Origin: an uncultured Synergistia bacterium
GTDB taxonomy: Bacteria > Synergistota > Synergistia > CAYRKT01
Assembly (NCBI GenBank): GCA_964425005.1
Contig: CAYRKT010000001.1
Location: forward strand, 13,644 to 77,643
Direction of reading: 5' to 3'
DNA: 64,000 nt
Made by a program: the position numbers and the translations under genes. Shown in pieces: positions 45,194 to 53,977 of the stretch (positions are counted from its first letter, which is position 1; each line of letters starts with the position of its first letter). The notes under the pieces were generated by a model. It saw nothing but the letters and a program-made list of their open reading frames with translations. It had not been told where the DNA came from and searched no databases.

Positions 45194-45792
45194 CGGAAAA
45201 CCACCTCGGGATGTGAGCGTCTAAGGCCCAGCTCGTAGAAGTTTCGAAGGAGGGCAAAACCGTGCTCCGTGAGGATGGACTCCGGGTGAAACTGAACCCC
45301 AAAGGTCGGGTGGAGCTTGTGTCTTATGGCCATCACCAAACCGTCCTCGCTTCTAGCCTCCACCTCGAGATCGGTGGAAGACTCGTCCACCACGACCATC
45401 AGGGAGTGGTACCTGGTGGCGACGAGGGGGGAGGGAAGTCCCCTGAACATCCCTCTCCCCTCGTGGTAGATCCTCGACACCTTGCCGTGGGTTGGCCTCG
45501 GCGCTCTGACCACCTCACCTCCGAAGGCCTTAGCTATGCACTGATGGCCGAGGCATACCCCCAGTATGGGTATCGCGCCGGAGAGGCGCTTTACTACCTC
45601 CAGGGATATCCCCGAGTCTTCGACGCCACCGGGCCCTGGGGATATCACCAGGTGGGAGGGCGCTAGACTAGCTATCTCCTCCACCTCGACCTCGTCGTTC
45701 CTGAAGACCACCACCTCGTCGAGACCGCTCAACTCCTGCACCAAGTTGTAGGTGAAGGAATCGTAGTTATCTATGACGGCTATCAACCCCAT
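45190..45792 (-). CDS. trpG: Anthranilate synthase component II (glutamine amidotransferase)
   Basis: Class I GATase with GVCLGHQ. Start taken at the internal Met (MGLIAVIDNYD) of the 367-aa track ORF, abutting the trpE stop. Confidence 0.9.
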   Translation of the reverse strand: MGLIAVIDNYDSFTYNLVQELSGLDEVVVFRNDEVEVEEIASLAPSHLVISPGPGGVEDSGISLEVVKRLSGAIPILGVCLGHQCIAKAFGGEVVRAPRPTHGKVSRIYHEGRGMFRGLPSPLVATRYHSLMVVVDESSTDLEVEARSEDGLVMAIRHKLHPTFGVQFHPESILTEHGFALLRNFYELGLRRSHPEVVFR

Positions 45793-47210
45793 CACCTCCT
45801 GACGGCCAGGCACGAGCGCATGGGCCTCAGTATGCTCGAGGCCTTGTGGATGGTCTCGGCGTACTCCCTCTCCGGATCCGAGTCGAAGACCACCCCAGCT
45901 CCGGACGAGATGACCGCGATTCGGCCCAGGAACGTGGTGCTCCTTATGTTTATCCACATGGACATGTCCCCACAGAACGACAGATAGCCTATCGATCCGC
46001 CGTAGAATCCCCTGGGGCGTCCCTCTATCTGGTTTATCAGCTCCATGGCCCTGACCTTGGGCGCACCGCTCACCGTGCCAGCTGGGAAGGTGGCCCTGAG
46101 CGCCTCGAGAGGCCCCACGTGCGGCAGCATCTCCCCCTCCACCTGAGAGGCCAGGTGCATGACTCTGGGATACCTCTCGACCTGGAACAGCTCCCTCACC
46201 CTCACGGAGCCGGGGAGGCAGATCCTGCCGAGGTCGTTCCTGGCGAGATCCACGAGCATGACGTGTTCTGCCAGCTCCTTCTCGTCGCTGCAAAGCTCCG
46301 TCTCCAGCCTTGCGTCCTCCTCCGGCGTCCTCCCCCTCCTCCTGGTCCCAGCCAAAGGCCTGCTCACCAGGGTCCTTCCGCGCTTCTCGACCAACACCTC
46401 TGGGGAGGCGCAGACTATGGAGAACCTGGGCGTTGAGACCAAGAACACGCTGGGAGAGGCTTTCATCTCGACCAGAGCGCCGTACAAATCCGTCGGCTTT
46501 ACGTTAGACTTGATCCACATATCCTGGGATATGACCAGCTGGAAGGCATCCCCGGAGGCGATGTGGTCCTTGGCCAACTCCACCATCTCGACGAACCTCT
46601 CCTTGCCGGTGAGGCCGAGAACCTCCAGGTCAACCGTATCGCCCCGGTCTCCCTCCAGTTCGCGGGGGCACTCGCACGCCAGTTGGGCTCTCTCGATGAG
46701 AAAACCTAGGCGATCGAAGTCCCCTCTCCCCGATCCACGATCGAGCTCGACCAAGAACAGCTCCTCCCTCAGGTGGTCGAAGACCACAAGGTCCTCGAAG
46801 AGGCCGAAGCAGATGAGGGGTAGATCCCTGAGGGCTTTGAACTCGCCTTCGCGAAGGTGCGGCATCCTCTCCCACAGGCAAACCGCGTCGTAAGCTACGG
46901 CTCCGAAGAGCCCTCCGCAAAAAGGGAAGGGGCTCGAGGGGAGGTCGAACTCCGACAGCTCACCGGCCAGCCTCTCTAGCTCGGACAGCCTATCTCTATC
47001 CCCTTGAAAGATCTCGAAGACGCGACGGGGGCGCAGGCCCAAATACGTGAGGAAACCTTCCCCCCTCGACCTCCTGTCCAGAGTCGCAGCGAAACGAAGC
47101 CCCTCCTTAAGCCCCTCGCCCAGGACCAAATCCAGCAAGCGCCTCACCAGCTGCCAGGAGGCTCGCAGGCCCTCCAGCCTGAAGACCCCTAGCCCACGAG
47201 CCTCCTCCAT
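45792..47210 (-). CDS. trpE: Anthranilate synthase component I
   Basis: Chorismate-binding family. Start placed at the ATG (MEEARGLG) about 57 nt downstream of the leader terminator. The track's TTG at 47267 lies inside the terminator U-tract. Confidence 0.85.
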   Translation of the reverse strand: MEEARGLGVFRLEGLRASWQLVRRLLDLVLGEGLKEGLRFAATLDRRSRGEGFLTYLGLRPRRVFEIFQGDRDRLSELERLAGELSEFDLPSSPFPFCGGLFGAVAYDAVCLWERMPHLREGEFKALRDLPLICFGLFEDLVVFDHLREELFLVELDRGSGRGDFDRLGFLIERAQLACECPRELEGDRGDTVDLEVLGLTGKERFVEMVELAKDHIASGDAFQLVISQDMWIKSNVKPTDLYGALVEMKASPSVFLVSTPRFSIVCASPEVLVEKRGRTLVSRPLAGTRRRGRTPEEDARLETELCSDEKELAEHVMLVDLARNDLGRICLPGSVRVRELFQVERYPRVMHLASQVEGEMLPHVGPLEALRATFPAGTVSGAPKVRAMELINQIEGRPRGFYGGSIGYLSFCGDMSMWINIRSTTFLGRIAVISSGAGVVFDSDPEREYAETIHKASSILRPMRSCLAVRR

Positions 47211-47265
47211 GCACCTCGATAGACCTATCCTCAAACTAAACCACCTCCTCGCAGGACCTGAGATC

Positions 47266-47302
47266 AAAAAGGGGGAGGGGTCGAAGCTTCGACCCCTCCC
47301 CC
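47266..47302 (-). terminator. trp leader attenuator/terminator: perfect 32-nt GC-rich palindrome followed by TTTTT on the minus strand
   Basis: GGGGGAGGGGTCGAAGCTTCGACCCCTCCCCC is followed on the minus strand by TTTTTGATC. It lies between the leader ORF and trpE. Confidence 0.6.
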
Positions 47303-47389
47303 TACGAGGCCTCCAAAAGAGGAGGGGCCGCGGACGACGTTGCCAACCGCGGCCCCTCTGGAAGCTGAAGGGCTAAGCCGCGGCAGGCA

Positions 47390-47449
47390 CTAGGCCTGCC
47401 ACCACCAACCCTTTCTCTCCTCAAGAGCTCTAAATCGCAAACGCAACAT
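47390..47449 (-). CDS. trp operon leader peptide (19 aa, MLRLRFRALEERKGWWWQA) with three consecutive Trp codons
   Basis: ATG preceded by a GAAGGAG RBS. Codons 15-17 are TGG TGG TGG, then a TAG stop. Located between the promoter and the terminator upstream of trpE. Confidence 0.6.
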   Translation of the reverse strand: MLRLRFRALEERKGWWWQA

Positions 47450-47484
47450 CACATTAACTCCTTCACCACAAAGGCTTTTTTAAG

Positions 47485-47513
47485 CTTATACATCTACTCG
47501 GCCCACTTGTCAA
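47485..47513 (-). promoter_or_regulatory. Sigma70-like promoter for the trp leader/operon (TTGACA-17-TATAAG)
   Basis: On the minus strand: -35 TTGACA (47513..47508), a 17-nt spacer, -10 TATAAG (47490..47485). About 35 nt upstream of the leader ATG. Confidence 0.5.
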
Positions 47514-47535
47514 GGGGAGAAGTCGAGGATATAAT
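47507..47535 (+). promoter_or_regulatory. Sigma70-like promoter for the leuA leader (TTGTCA-17-TATAAT)
   Basis: On the plus strand: -35 TTGTCA (47507-47512), a 17-nt spacer, -10 TATAAT (47530-47535). The -35 overlaps the minus-strand -35 hexamer. Confidence 0.5.
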
Positions 47536-47563
47536 TCGCCCAACGGGTACGGAGGGGCACCTC

Positions 47564-47650
47564 ATGTTCGAGCTCTTGGTCTCAAGGTCTACATCTATAG
47601 GGGAAGATAAGGCCAACCTTCTAGGCCTAGGCGCTGTGGGGCCGCCCTGA
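47564..47650 (+). CDS. Candidate leuA leader peptide (28 aa, MFELLVSRSTSIGEDKANLLGLGAVGPP)
   Basis: ATG with a GGAGGGG RBS 6 nt upstream. Contains CTC-TTG and CTT-CTA-GGC-CTA leucine codons. Ends 22 nt before an intrinsic terminator upstream of leuA. Confidence 0.35.
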   Translation: MFELLVSRSTSIGEDKANLLGLGAVGPP

Positions 47651-47672
47651 GCCTTCTTCCTCGGCTCGAGGG

Positions 47673-47711
47673 AAAGGCCCCCTTTTCGTTAGGGGGCCTT
47701 TATTTTTTTCC
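47673..47711 (+). terminator. Intrinsic terminator/attenuator upstream of leuA
   Basis: Stem AAAGGCCCCC / GGGGGCCTTT with a 9-nt loop, followed by TATTTTTTTCC. Lies 33 nt upstream of the leuA start. Confidence 0.7.
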
Positions 47712-47743
47712 AACAAAACTTCCGTCTGGGGGAGGGGATCGAC

Positions 47744-49285
47744 TTGGCTGGAGAAGGCGATAGGGTGATAGTCTTCGACACCACGCTTCGGGACGGGGAG
47801 CAATCGGCCGGGATAAACCTCAACGTGGAGGAGAAGGTACAGATAGCCATCAAGCTCTCGGAGCTCAACGTGGACGTGATAGAGGCCGGTTTCCCGGCAG
47901 CCTCGCCGGGCGACATGGAGGCGGTGGCCAGGATAGCCTCCACCGCGAGAGGACCGATCGTGGCGGCCCTGGCTCGCCTCAACGAGGAGGATATAAGGAA
48001 GGCTTACGAGGCCGTGAGGTTCTCGGAAAGGCCCAGGATACACACCTTCATAGCCACCAGCCCAATCCACATGCAGTACAAGCTCAGGATGAGGGAGGAA
48101 GAGGTCCTCGAGAGCGTGAGGAAGCACGTGAGCTACGCGAGGTCCCTGTCGCCGGACGTGGAGTTCTCGGCGGAGGACGCCAGCAGGTCCAACCTGGAGT
48201 TCCTCGTGGAGGTCTTCAAGCTGGCCATAGAGTGCGGCGCTACCACCATAAACATCCCGGACACGGTGGGATACGCGTATCCCGAGGAGTTCGGCGCTTT
48301 CGTGGGGGAGATAATAAGAAGGGTTGGGTCCGATGGGATCATATGGTCGGTCCACTGCCACGACGACCTGGGGATGGCGGTTGCCAACTCCTTAGCGGCG
48401 ATAAGGGCGGGCGCCAGACAGGTCGAGTGCACCGTGAACGGCATAGGGGAGAGGGCCGGGAACGCCTCCCTTGAGGAGATAGTGATGGCGCTTAGGACCA
48501 GAAAGGACGTCTTCGGTGTTGAGACGAGGGTCAACACCAGGCTCCTCTACGAGACCAGCAGGATGGTCTCTCGCCTGACTGGGGTCCCAGTGCCGCCCAA
48601 CAAGGCGATAGTGGGCGCCAACGCCTTCGCCCACGAGTCAGGCATACATCAGCACGGGGTTCTCTGCAACAAGGCGACCTACGAGATCATGAGGCCAGAG
48701 GACGTAGGGGTGCCGGGCACCACGATATACCTGGGCAAGCATTCCGGTAAGCACGCCCTCGCGAGAAAACTGGAGGAGATGGGCTATAGGCTCTCGCCGG
48801 AGCAGCTCGAGAGGGCCTTCGACCTTTTCAAAAGGCTTTGCGACAGGAAGAAGTTCGTCAGCGAGGCCGACATCGAGGCCCTCGTGATAGGCGACATACT
48901 GGAGAGGGAACCCAACACCCCCGAACTGGTGAGCTACGAGATCTCCATCAGCGGCAACAGCAGGGCCACCGCCACCATATCCATAAAGATGGGCGAGGAG
49001 GTGGTCTCCGACGCCGCAGTGGGCAACGGACCCATCGACGCCTCCTACAGGGCCATCAAGAGGATCGTCGGCATGGAGCCAGAGCTACTCAACTTCAAAG
49101 TCGAGGCGGTGAGCGAGAGGTCCGATGCTGTGGGAGAGGCCACGGTGATCCTGAGCCTCGACGGTCTAAGAGCCCACGGGAGGGGAGCCAGCACCGACAT
49201 CGTCGAGGCCAGCATAAAGGCCTACATATCGGCGCTGGGGCACCTCATGGTCCTCTCGAGGGCCAGGGAGGAGGCGCTCTCGTGA
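47744..49285 (+). CDS. leuA: 2-isopropylmalate synthase
   Basis: HMGL-like domain ([11 protein letters not shown]) and a LeuA dimerisation/regulatory C-domain. TTG start with a GGGGGAGGGG RBS. Confidence 0.9.
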   Translation: MAGEGDRVIVFDTTLRDGEQSAGINLNVEEKVQIAIKLSELNVDVIEAGFPAASPGDMEAVARIASTARGPIVAALARLNEEDIRKAYEAVRFSERPRIHTFIATSPIHMQYKLRMREEEVLESVRKHVSYARSLSPDVEFSAEDASRSNLEFLVEVFKLAIECGATTINIPDTVGYAYPEEFGAFVGEIIRRVGSDGIIWSVHCHDDLGMAVANSLAAIRAGARQVECTVNGIGERAGNASLEEIVMALRTRKDVFGVETRVNTRLLYETSRMVSRLTGVPVPPNKAIVGANAFAHESGIHQHGVLCNKATYEIMRPEDVGVPGTTIYLGKHSGKHALARKLEEMGYRLSPEQLERAFDLFKRLCDRKKFVSEADIEALVIGDILEREPNTPELVSYEISISGNSRATATISIKMGEEVVSDAAVGNGPIDASYRAIKRIVGMEPELLNFKVEAVSERSDAVGEATVILSLDGLRAHGRGASTDIVEASIKAYISALGHLMVLSRAREEALS

Positions 49286-49562
49286 AAACCCCTTGAAGTC
49301 GACGAGGAAAGTGGTAAAATTTTAGCTGAAGGCAAGGCATTAGAGCCTGCGGTGTTTGTGAATGGCTTCAAAGCCTTGAGCCAACGCTTTTCTCGGGCGG
49401 AGCAATCCGGCGTCCGAGCATGAAAGCACCTTCGAGTGCTCGGTGCGAGGGCGTCGGCAAGCCCGCAAGGTTTTGGGGAAGGGCCTCAAGGCCTGCTGCC
49501 ACACGGCACCGCGGGTTTTTGTGTTTGCGAGCTCAGATGTCCTGCAGCGGGGGTGAGCGACT

Positions 49563-50057
49563 TTGGCTGAGCTGAGGGTGGACGTGGTCCAGATGGAGAT
49601 ACCCGCGGGCTGTAACCTCATAGCGGGCCATTCGCACTTCATAAAGACGGTGGAAGATCTGTATGAGATCCTGGCCACGACTTCGCCGCACCTGAAGTTC
49701 GGCATAGCCTTCTGCGAGGCCTCGGGCCCCAGGCTCGTGAGATGGGACGGCAACGACAAAGAGCTCGTGGAGGTGGCCGTCAGAAACGCCCAAAGGGTAG
49801 CGGCAGGGCATTTCTTCAACGTCTTGCTCAAGGACGGATATCCGATCAACTGCTTGAACGCCATAAAGGGTTGTCAGGAGATATGCAGGATCTTCGCGGC
49901 CACGGCAAACCCCCTGCAGATCCTGGTCGTGGAGACCGAGCAGGGCAGGGGGGTAATAGGGGTGGTGGATGGATTTACGCCCTTAGGGGTAGAGAACGAG
50001 GACGACCAAAGGGAGCGCAGAAACCTCTTGAGGAACGTGATAGGTTACAAGAGGTGA
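49563..50057 (+). CDS. Adenosine-specific kinase-like protein (PF04008/DUF355 family)
   Basis: Recalled resemblance to the roughly 160-aa conserved family (HFIKTVEDL...[16 protein letters not shown]...AGH.F...). Confidence 0.55.
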   Translation: MAELRVDVVQMEIPAGCNLIAGHSHFIKTVEDLYEILATTSPHLKFGIAFCEASGPRLVRWDGNDKELVEVAVRNAQRVAAGHFFNVLLKDGYPINCLNAIKGCQEICRIFAATANPLQILVVETEQGRGVIGVVDGFTPLGVENEDDQRERRNLLRNVIGYKR

Positions 50058-50070
50058 AGGCCGCATAGGC

Positions 50071-51102
50071 TCAACAGTAGTGCTCTTGCTTCAGGGGTCT
50101 GGACATCAGGCCGCGGAGGGCTGGGAGGAGCTCCCTGCCCTCGTATATTATCTCGTACAGGCTTTTGACTATCGGCATCTCCACCCCGAAGGCCTGCGAG
50201 GCCGCGTTCAAAGCGCGGAGGGTGGGATATCCCTCAACGGCCATGGATATCTCGGCCAGGGCTTCCTCGGGTTTATATCCCAACCCCAGGAGCTCACCGA
50301 ACCTCCTGTTCCTGCTGTGTCTGGAGTAGCATGTGACCATAAGGTCTCCTACGCCGGCTAGCCCCAGAAGCGTCTCTGAGGTACCCCCCATCCGCAGGAC
50401 GAACCTCCTCATCTCCGCCAGCCCCCTCGTGACGAAGGAGGCCTTGGCGTTGTCCCCAGCTCTAAGACCGTCGAGCATCCCAGCCCCGATCGCCAGGACG
50501 TTCTTGAAGGCGCCGCAGAGCTCGACCCCCAAAACGTCCTGGGAGGTGTAAACCCTAAAGCTCTCGCCTGAGAGGAGGACCTGCCACCACGAGGCCACCT
50601 CCTGATCCTCGCAGGCCACCACGACAGCAGTTGGATACCCTCTCACCACCTCCTCGGCGTGGCTGGGCCCCGAGAGCACCGAGTAGATCACGGGACCAAC
50701 CGCGGGGTCTAAGCTGGAGAAGACCAGGGAGCTCACCGTCATGCCCGAGCTAACCTCGATGCCCTTCGAGAGGTTGCACAGGAACAAGGGAGACCTGCGC
50801 AGGCGATTGAGCCCCGACAGGACCTCCCTCATGGCCTGGACGGGAACCGCGAGCATGACGAAGTTGGAGTAGCCAACCAGCTCCTCGAGGCTGGTGGTAG
50901 CCCTAACCTTAGGGGACAAGGGGACGTCGCTGAGGTAGCGAGGGTTCGAGCGAAGCGAGTTCACGCCGTGGACGACCTCATCCCTTCTGGTCCACAGCAA
51001 AACCCCTTCTACCCAATCCTTGCTCGCCAGCAACTGGGCTATGGCCGTGGCCCAGCTGCCCGCTCCCAGGATGGAGAAACGCCTCACATCGGGGTGGCTC
51101 AT
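50071..51102 (-). CDS. gpsA: Glycerol-3-phosphate dehydrogenase [NAD(P)+]
   Basis: N-terminal Rossmann motif (ILGAGSWATA) and GpsA C-domain. Confidence 0.9.
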   Translation of the reverse strand: MSHPDVRRFSILGAGSWATAIAQLLASKDWVEGVLLWTRRDEVVHGVNSLRSNPRYLSDVPLSPKVRATTSLEELVGYSNFVMLAVPVQAMREVLSGLNRLRRSPLFLCNLSKGIEVSSGMTVSSLVFSSLDPAVGPVIYSVLSGPSHAEEVVRGYPTAVVVACEDQEVASWWQVLLSGESFRVYTSQDVLGVELCGAFKNVLAIGAGMLDGLRAGDNAKASFVTRGLAEMRRFVLRMGGTSETLLGLAGVGDLMVTCYSRHSRNRRFGELLGLGYKPEEALAEISMAVEGYPTLRALNAASQAFGVEMPIVKSLYEIIYEGRELLPALRGLMSRPLKQEHYC

Positions 51103-52208
51103 AGGGAGCTCATGGCCTTGCTCACCAGGCCCTGGGCCGAGAGGTCATCCAGCGGGTAAACGCTTTGTCCTATCCTCACGTATACGTTGGGATAGGTGGA
51201 CAGCTCCTCCATCAGGACCGAGCTCAGGATCTCCTGCAACCTGGACCTGATGGAGGCCAGGTTATCCACACTGCCCACGTGGGACAAGATGACGAAGACG
51301 GCGTCCCCACATCTGAAGGTGTAGTCCTCGCTCCTCACGTGGCTCTTCAAGACGGTGGATATCCTAGCGAGCAACCCATCCCTGGAGTCGAAGCCCGAGA
51401 GGTCCGCCAGCCTGTCGAACCCCTCCACCTTGACCACCGTGACGCCGAGGATGGTCCCTGAGCGCGTGGCCCTGGCTATCTCCGTCTCGAGAACGCTCTC
51501 CAGGAGCTGCCCCCTCAGGAGGCCCGTCACCTTGTCGCGGGCGAATATCTCCTCCGCCATCTGCAAGGCGAACACGTCGGCGGTGGCGACGGCCAGGGCG
51601 TAAGAGAGCTCCTCCACCACCTGCCGACCCAGCTCCTCCTGAGGAGCCCTTGGGAAGTCGTGAGCGCAGAGGTGCACCTCCAGCTCCCCCCTCAATCTGT
51701 AGGCAGACGCGATGGAGGGAGCCACGCAGGGGTAATCCTCGTAGATGGGCATCTCAACCCCATACCTCACGACCCACCCTTGCCAGGATAAGCTCTGCGA
51801 GAGCCTGTAGACAAAGGCCACCACCTTAGCCCCCAGCTCTCCCACCAGACAGAGCTTCAAAGCCCGCCATATTTCGCCCATGGTCCGGGCGTCGTAGAGC
51901 TTCTTGGAGTAGCTCTCCACCAGGGAACTGACCAGCTGAGAGCGCCTGAGCTGAGCCAGCTCCAGAGCGATCTTCAAAGACGTGGGATCCAACCTGTCCG
52001 ACGGGAGCACCACGGGGGCGAGGGTTAGATCGGGAGCTACATCTGTTCCCTCCAGCACCAGCACGCAGAACGGGTCGCTCAACTCATCCCCCAGATCCTC
52101 GAGACCCCCGTAAGGAAGTACGTCGGCGCCCGAACCTCCCAGGGCCGCCAACGCCTCCATCGAGCGGGCGACGAGCCTATCCGGCACGAACAGCTTGATT
52201 CTCCCCAT
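51099..52208 (-). CDS. Response-regulator-like protein with a degenerate GGDEF domain (CGDAV in place of GGDEF)
   Basis: The C-terminal 160 aa align to a diguanylate cyclase fold (DKVTGLL...FRCGDAVFVIL). N-terminal REC-like region. 4-nt overlap with gpsA. Confidence 0.65.
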   Translation of the reverse strand: MGRIKLFVPDRLVARSMEALAALGGSGADVLPYGGLEDLGDELSDPFCVLVLEGTDVAPDLTLAPVVLPSDRLDPTSLKIALELAQLRRSQLVSSLVESYSKKLYDARTMGEIWRALKLCLVGELGAKVVAFVYRLSQSLSWQGWVVRYGVEMPIYEDYPCVAPSIASAYRLRGELEVHLCAHDFPRAPQEELGRQVVEELSYALAVATADVFALQMAEEIFARDKVTGLLRGQLLESVLETEIARATRSGTILGVTVVKVEGFDRLADLSGFDSRDGLLARISTVLKSHVRSEDYTFRCGDAVFVILSHVGSVDNLASIRSRLQEILSSVLMEELSTYPNVYVRIGQSVYPLDDLSAQGLVSKAMSSL

Positions 52209-52298
52209 CCCCTTAGAGTCCCCCTATCCGCTGGCGCGACGTCAAACACAGCGAACTTGCTGATATTATATCAACAAGATCTCCGGAGGTGGTAAGCG

Positions 52299-53207
52299 TT
52301 GAGGCTTTTCGTCGGAGCCTGCTCCTGGGCTGACAGAGAGCTGATCGGCTCGGGCTGGTATCCAAGGGAGATAGCGGGCTCCCCCTCGGATAGGTTGAGG
52401 TTCTACTCCTCTCACCTGGAGTGCGTTGAGGTCAACTCGACCTTTTACTCTATGCCCAGGCCCGAAGTCGTCTACGGATGGCTGGCCAACACGCCTCCCG
52501 GCTTCAGGTTCGGCGTCAAAGTCTTCGCCCTCTTCTCCGCCCATACCGTGCCCGCGAGCGCTTTGCCGCCTCGATTCAGGAGGAGGGTCAGGGCCTCAGC
52601 CCAGGGCAAAGGGAGGCTCGGCCTGTCGGATTTAGATCCCGAGGACAGGCTCGAGCTGATCGAGGACCTAAAGAGGTTGGCTACCCTCATCCACGACGCG
52701 GGGAAGCTGGGCTATCTGTTGCTGCAGCTAGCGCCGTGGGTGGGGTTCTCCCAGGAGGGGCTTCGCTACCTCTCCAGGCTTCGAAGGGCTCTCTTGCCCT
52801 TCAGGCTAGCGGTGGAGTTCAGAAACCCGTCTTGGTTCGCCGCCGATAACTTCTCGAGGACGAGGGAGCTGCTCGAGGAGGAGGCCATCGCCCTGGTGTG
52901 CGCGGATCAACCTCAAGGGGAGCGCTCGGTCCCACCCGTGCTAGCCCTCACCGCCAGCTGGGGGACGGTGGTGAGGCTCCACGGAAGGGACCCAGGGGCC
53001 TGGATGGGTCCTCGGCTGGGAAGGCCTCCGACAGAAAGGTTCAAGTACCTGTACGCGGACGAGGAGATAATCGGGTGGTTGGAGAGGGCCAGGCGAATCG
53101 CGAGCCAAGGGGCGGAGGTATACCTCATGTTCAACAACTGCTACAAGGACTACGCGGTCAGAAACGCCCTTCGGGCCAGGGAGATAGCGAAGCAGATCAT
53201 AGGCTGA
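52299..53207 (+). CDS. DUF72 (YecE-like) family protein
   Basis: DUF72 signature regions (EVNSTFYSMP, AVEFRNPSW). Confidence 0.8.
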   Translation: MRLFVGACSWADRELIGSGWYPREIAGSPSDRLRFYSSHLECVEVNSTFYSMPRPEVVYGWLANTPPGFRFGVKVFALFSAHTVPASALPPRFRRRVRASAQGKGRLGLSDLDPEDRLELIEDLKRLATLIHDAGKLGYLLLQLAPWVGFSQEGLRYLSRLRRALLPFRLAVEFRNPSWFAADNFSRTRELLEEEAIALVCADQPQGERSVPPVLALTASWGTVVRLHGRDPGAWMGPRLGRPPTERFKYLYADEEIIGWLERARRIASQGAEVYLMFNNCYKDYAVRNALRAREIAKQIIG

Positions 53208-53892
53208 GAAGGCTCACCGAGGCGACCAGGAACAGGAGCCCCACCGCCTTCCTGAGGATATGCCCTCGCTCGCCCAAAGCCTCCAGCCAGGCCAAGGCCT
53301 TCCCCAGGAAGAGGGCCAAGAGCACGAAGGGCGCGCTGAACCCCAGGGAGTAAAATCCCATCAGGGCCAGGGCTTCCAGGTAGCTCTCCCCCTGTGCGGC
53401 GAGCATAACTATGGAGGCGAGGATGGGTCCCACGCACGGTACCCATATGAGCCCGAAGAGCGAACCCAGGGCGAAGGATCCGAGCCCCACCCCTGGCAGC
53501 CTCGCCCGCTCGAGCTTACCCAGGGCGGAAAGCAACCGCCTCCCCCCGGGGAGACGCAAGGGTGCGTCCTTCAGCCCGGGGAGGAGCATCCAGGAACCCA
53601 CGACGAAAAGTCCGACGACGGCCAAAAACCTGATGACCTCTCTGCTGTTGAACAACCGGGAGAGAAGGGCGCTGGAGGAAAGGGCCAGCGCCGAGAAGGA
53701 GGACATGAGTCCCAGGGAAAAAGCCATGGATTCCACCATCGTCCTCACCCTTTTCCGCAGGGTGGGGCGATCCCAGTCGGACAGCTCCAGAGAAGCAAGC
53801 CTGGACATGAACCCAGGCACTACGGGCCAAACGCAGGGACTGAAGAAAGAGGCGAAACCTGCGCTGAAGGCGACCCACCAGTCGATCTCCAC
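53197..53892 (-). CDS. ccdA: Cytochrome c-type biogenesis / thiol-disulfide transporter CcdA (DsbD core)
   Basis: Six TM helices with Cys in TM1 (SFFSPCVWP) and TM4 (VPCVGP). Confidence 0.8.
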   Translation of the reverse strand: MEIDWWVAFSAGFASFFSPCVWPVVPGFMSRLASLELSDWDRPTLRKRVRTMVESMAFSLGLMSSFSALALSSSALLSRLFNSREVIRFLAVVGLFVVGSWMLLPGLKDAPLRLPGGRRLLSALGKLERARLPGVGLGSFALGSLFGLIWVPCVGPILASIVMLAAQGESYLEALALMGFYSLGFSAPFVLLALFLGKALAWLEALGERGHILRKAVGLLFLVASVSLLSL

Positions 53893-53977
53893 CGTCCCTC
53901 ACCCCATGGACGTGCTATAATATACCCTAATGGGTATTATATCTCCCCCGTGGGGTGGGCGCAAGGAGGTGACCGAG

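Noticed and set aside
45750-46160. Apparent 1-nt disagreement between my character-level reading of the displayed sequence and ORF-track coordinates near the trpG/trpE junction
   Set aside because: Most likely my own miscounting of the long text. Flanking landmarks (trpD start 45193, leuA start 47744) agree with the track. I followed the ORF track and did not infer a frameshift or pseudogene.
47265-47267. TTG start of trpE used by the ORF track
   Set aside because: It lies within the U-tract of the leader terminator. The ATG at 47210 (MEEARGLG) is a more plausible start.
47307-47743. T-box riboswitch as the regulatory element for trp or leuA
   Set aside because: No AGGGTGGNACCGCG-like T-box sequence or specifier-loop motifs were found on either strand. 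Leader-peptide attenuation fits the sequence better.
49286-49562. Identification of the spacer as SRP RNA, 6S RNA or tRNA
   Set aside because: None of the consensus motifs (SRP GGAA tetraloop helix, tRNA cloverleaf) could be recognised. Left as unexplained structured spacer.
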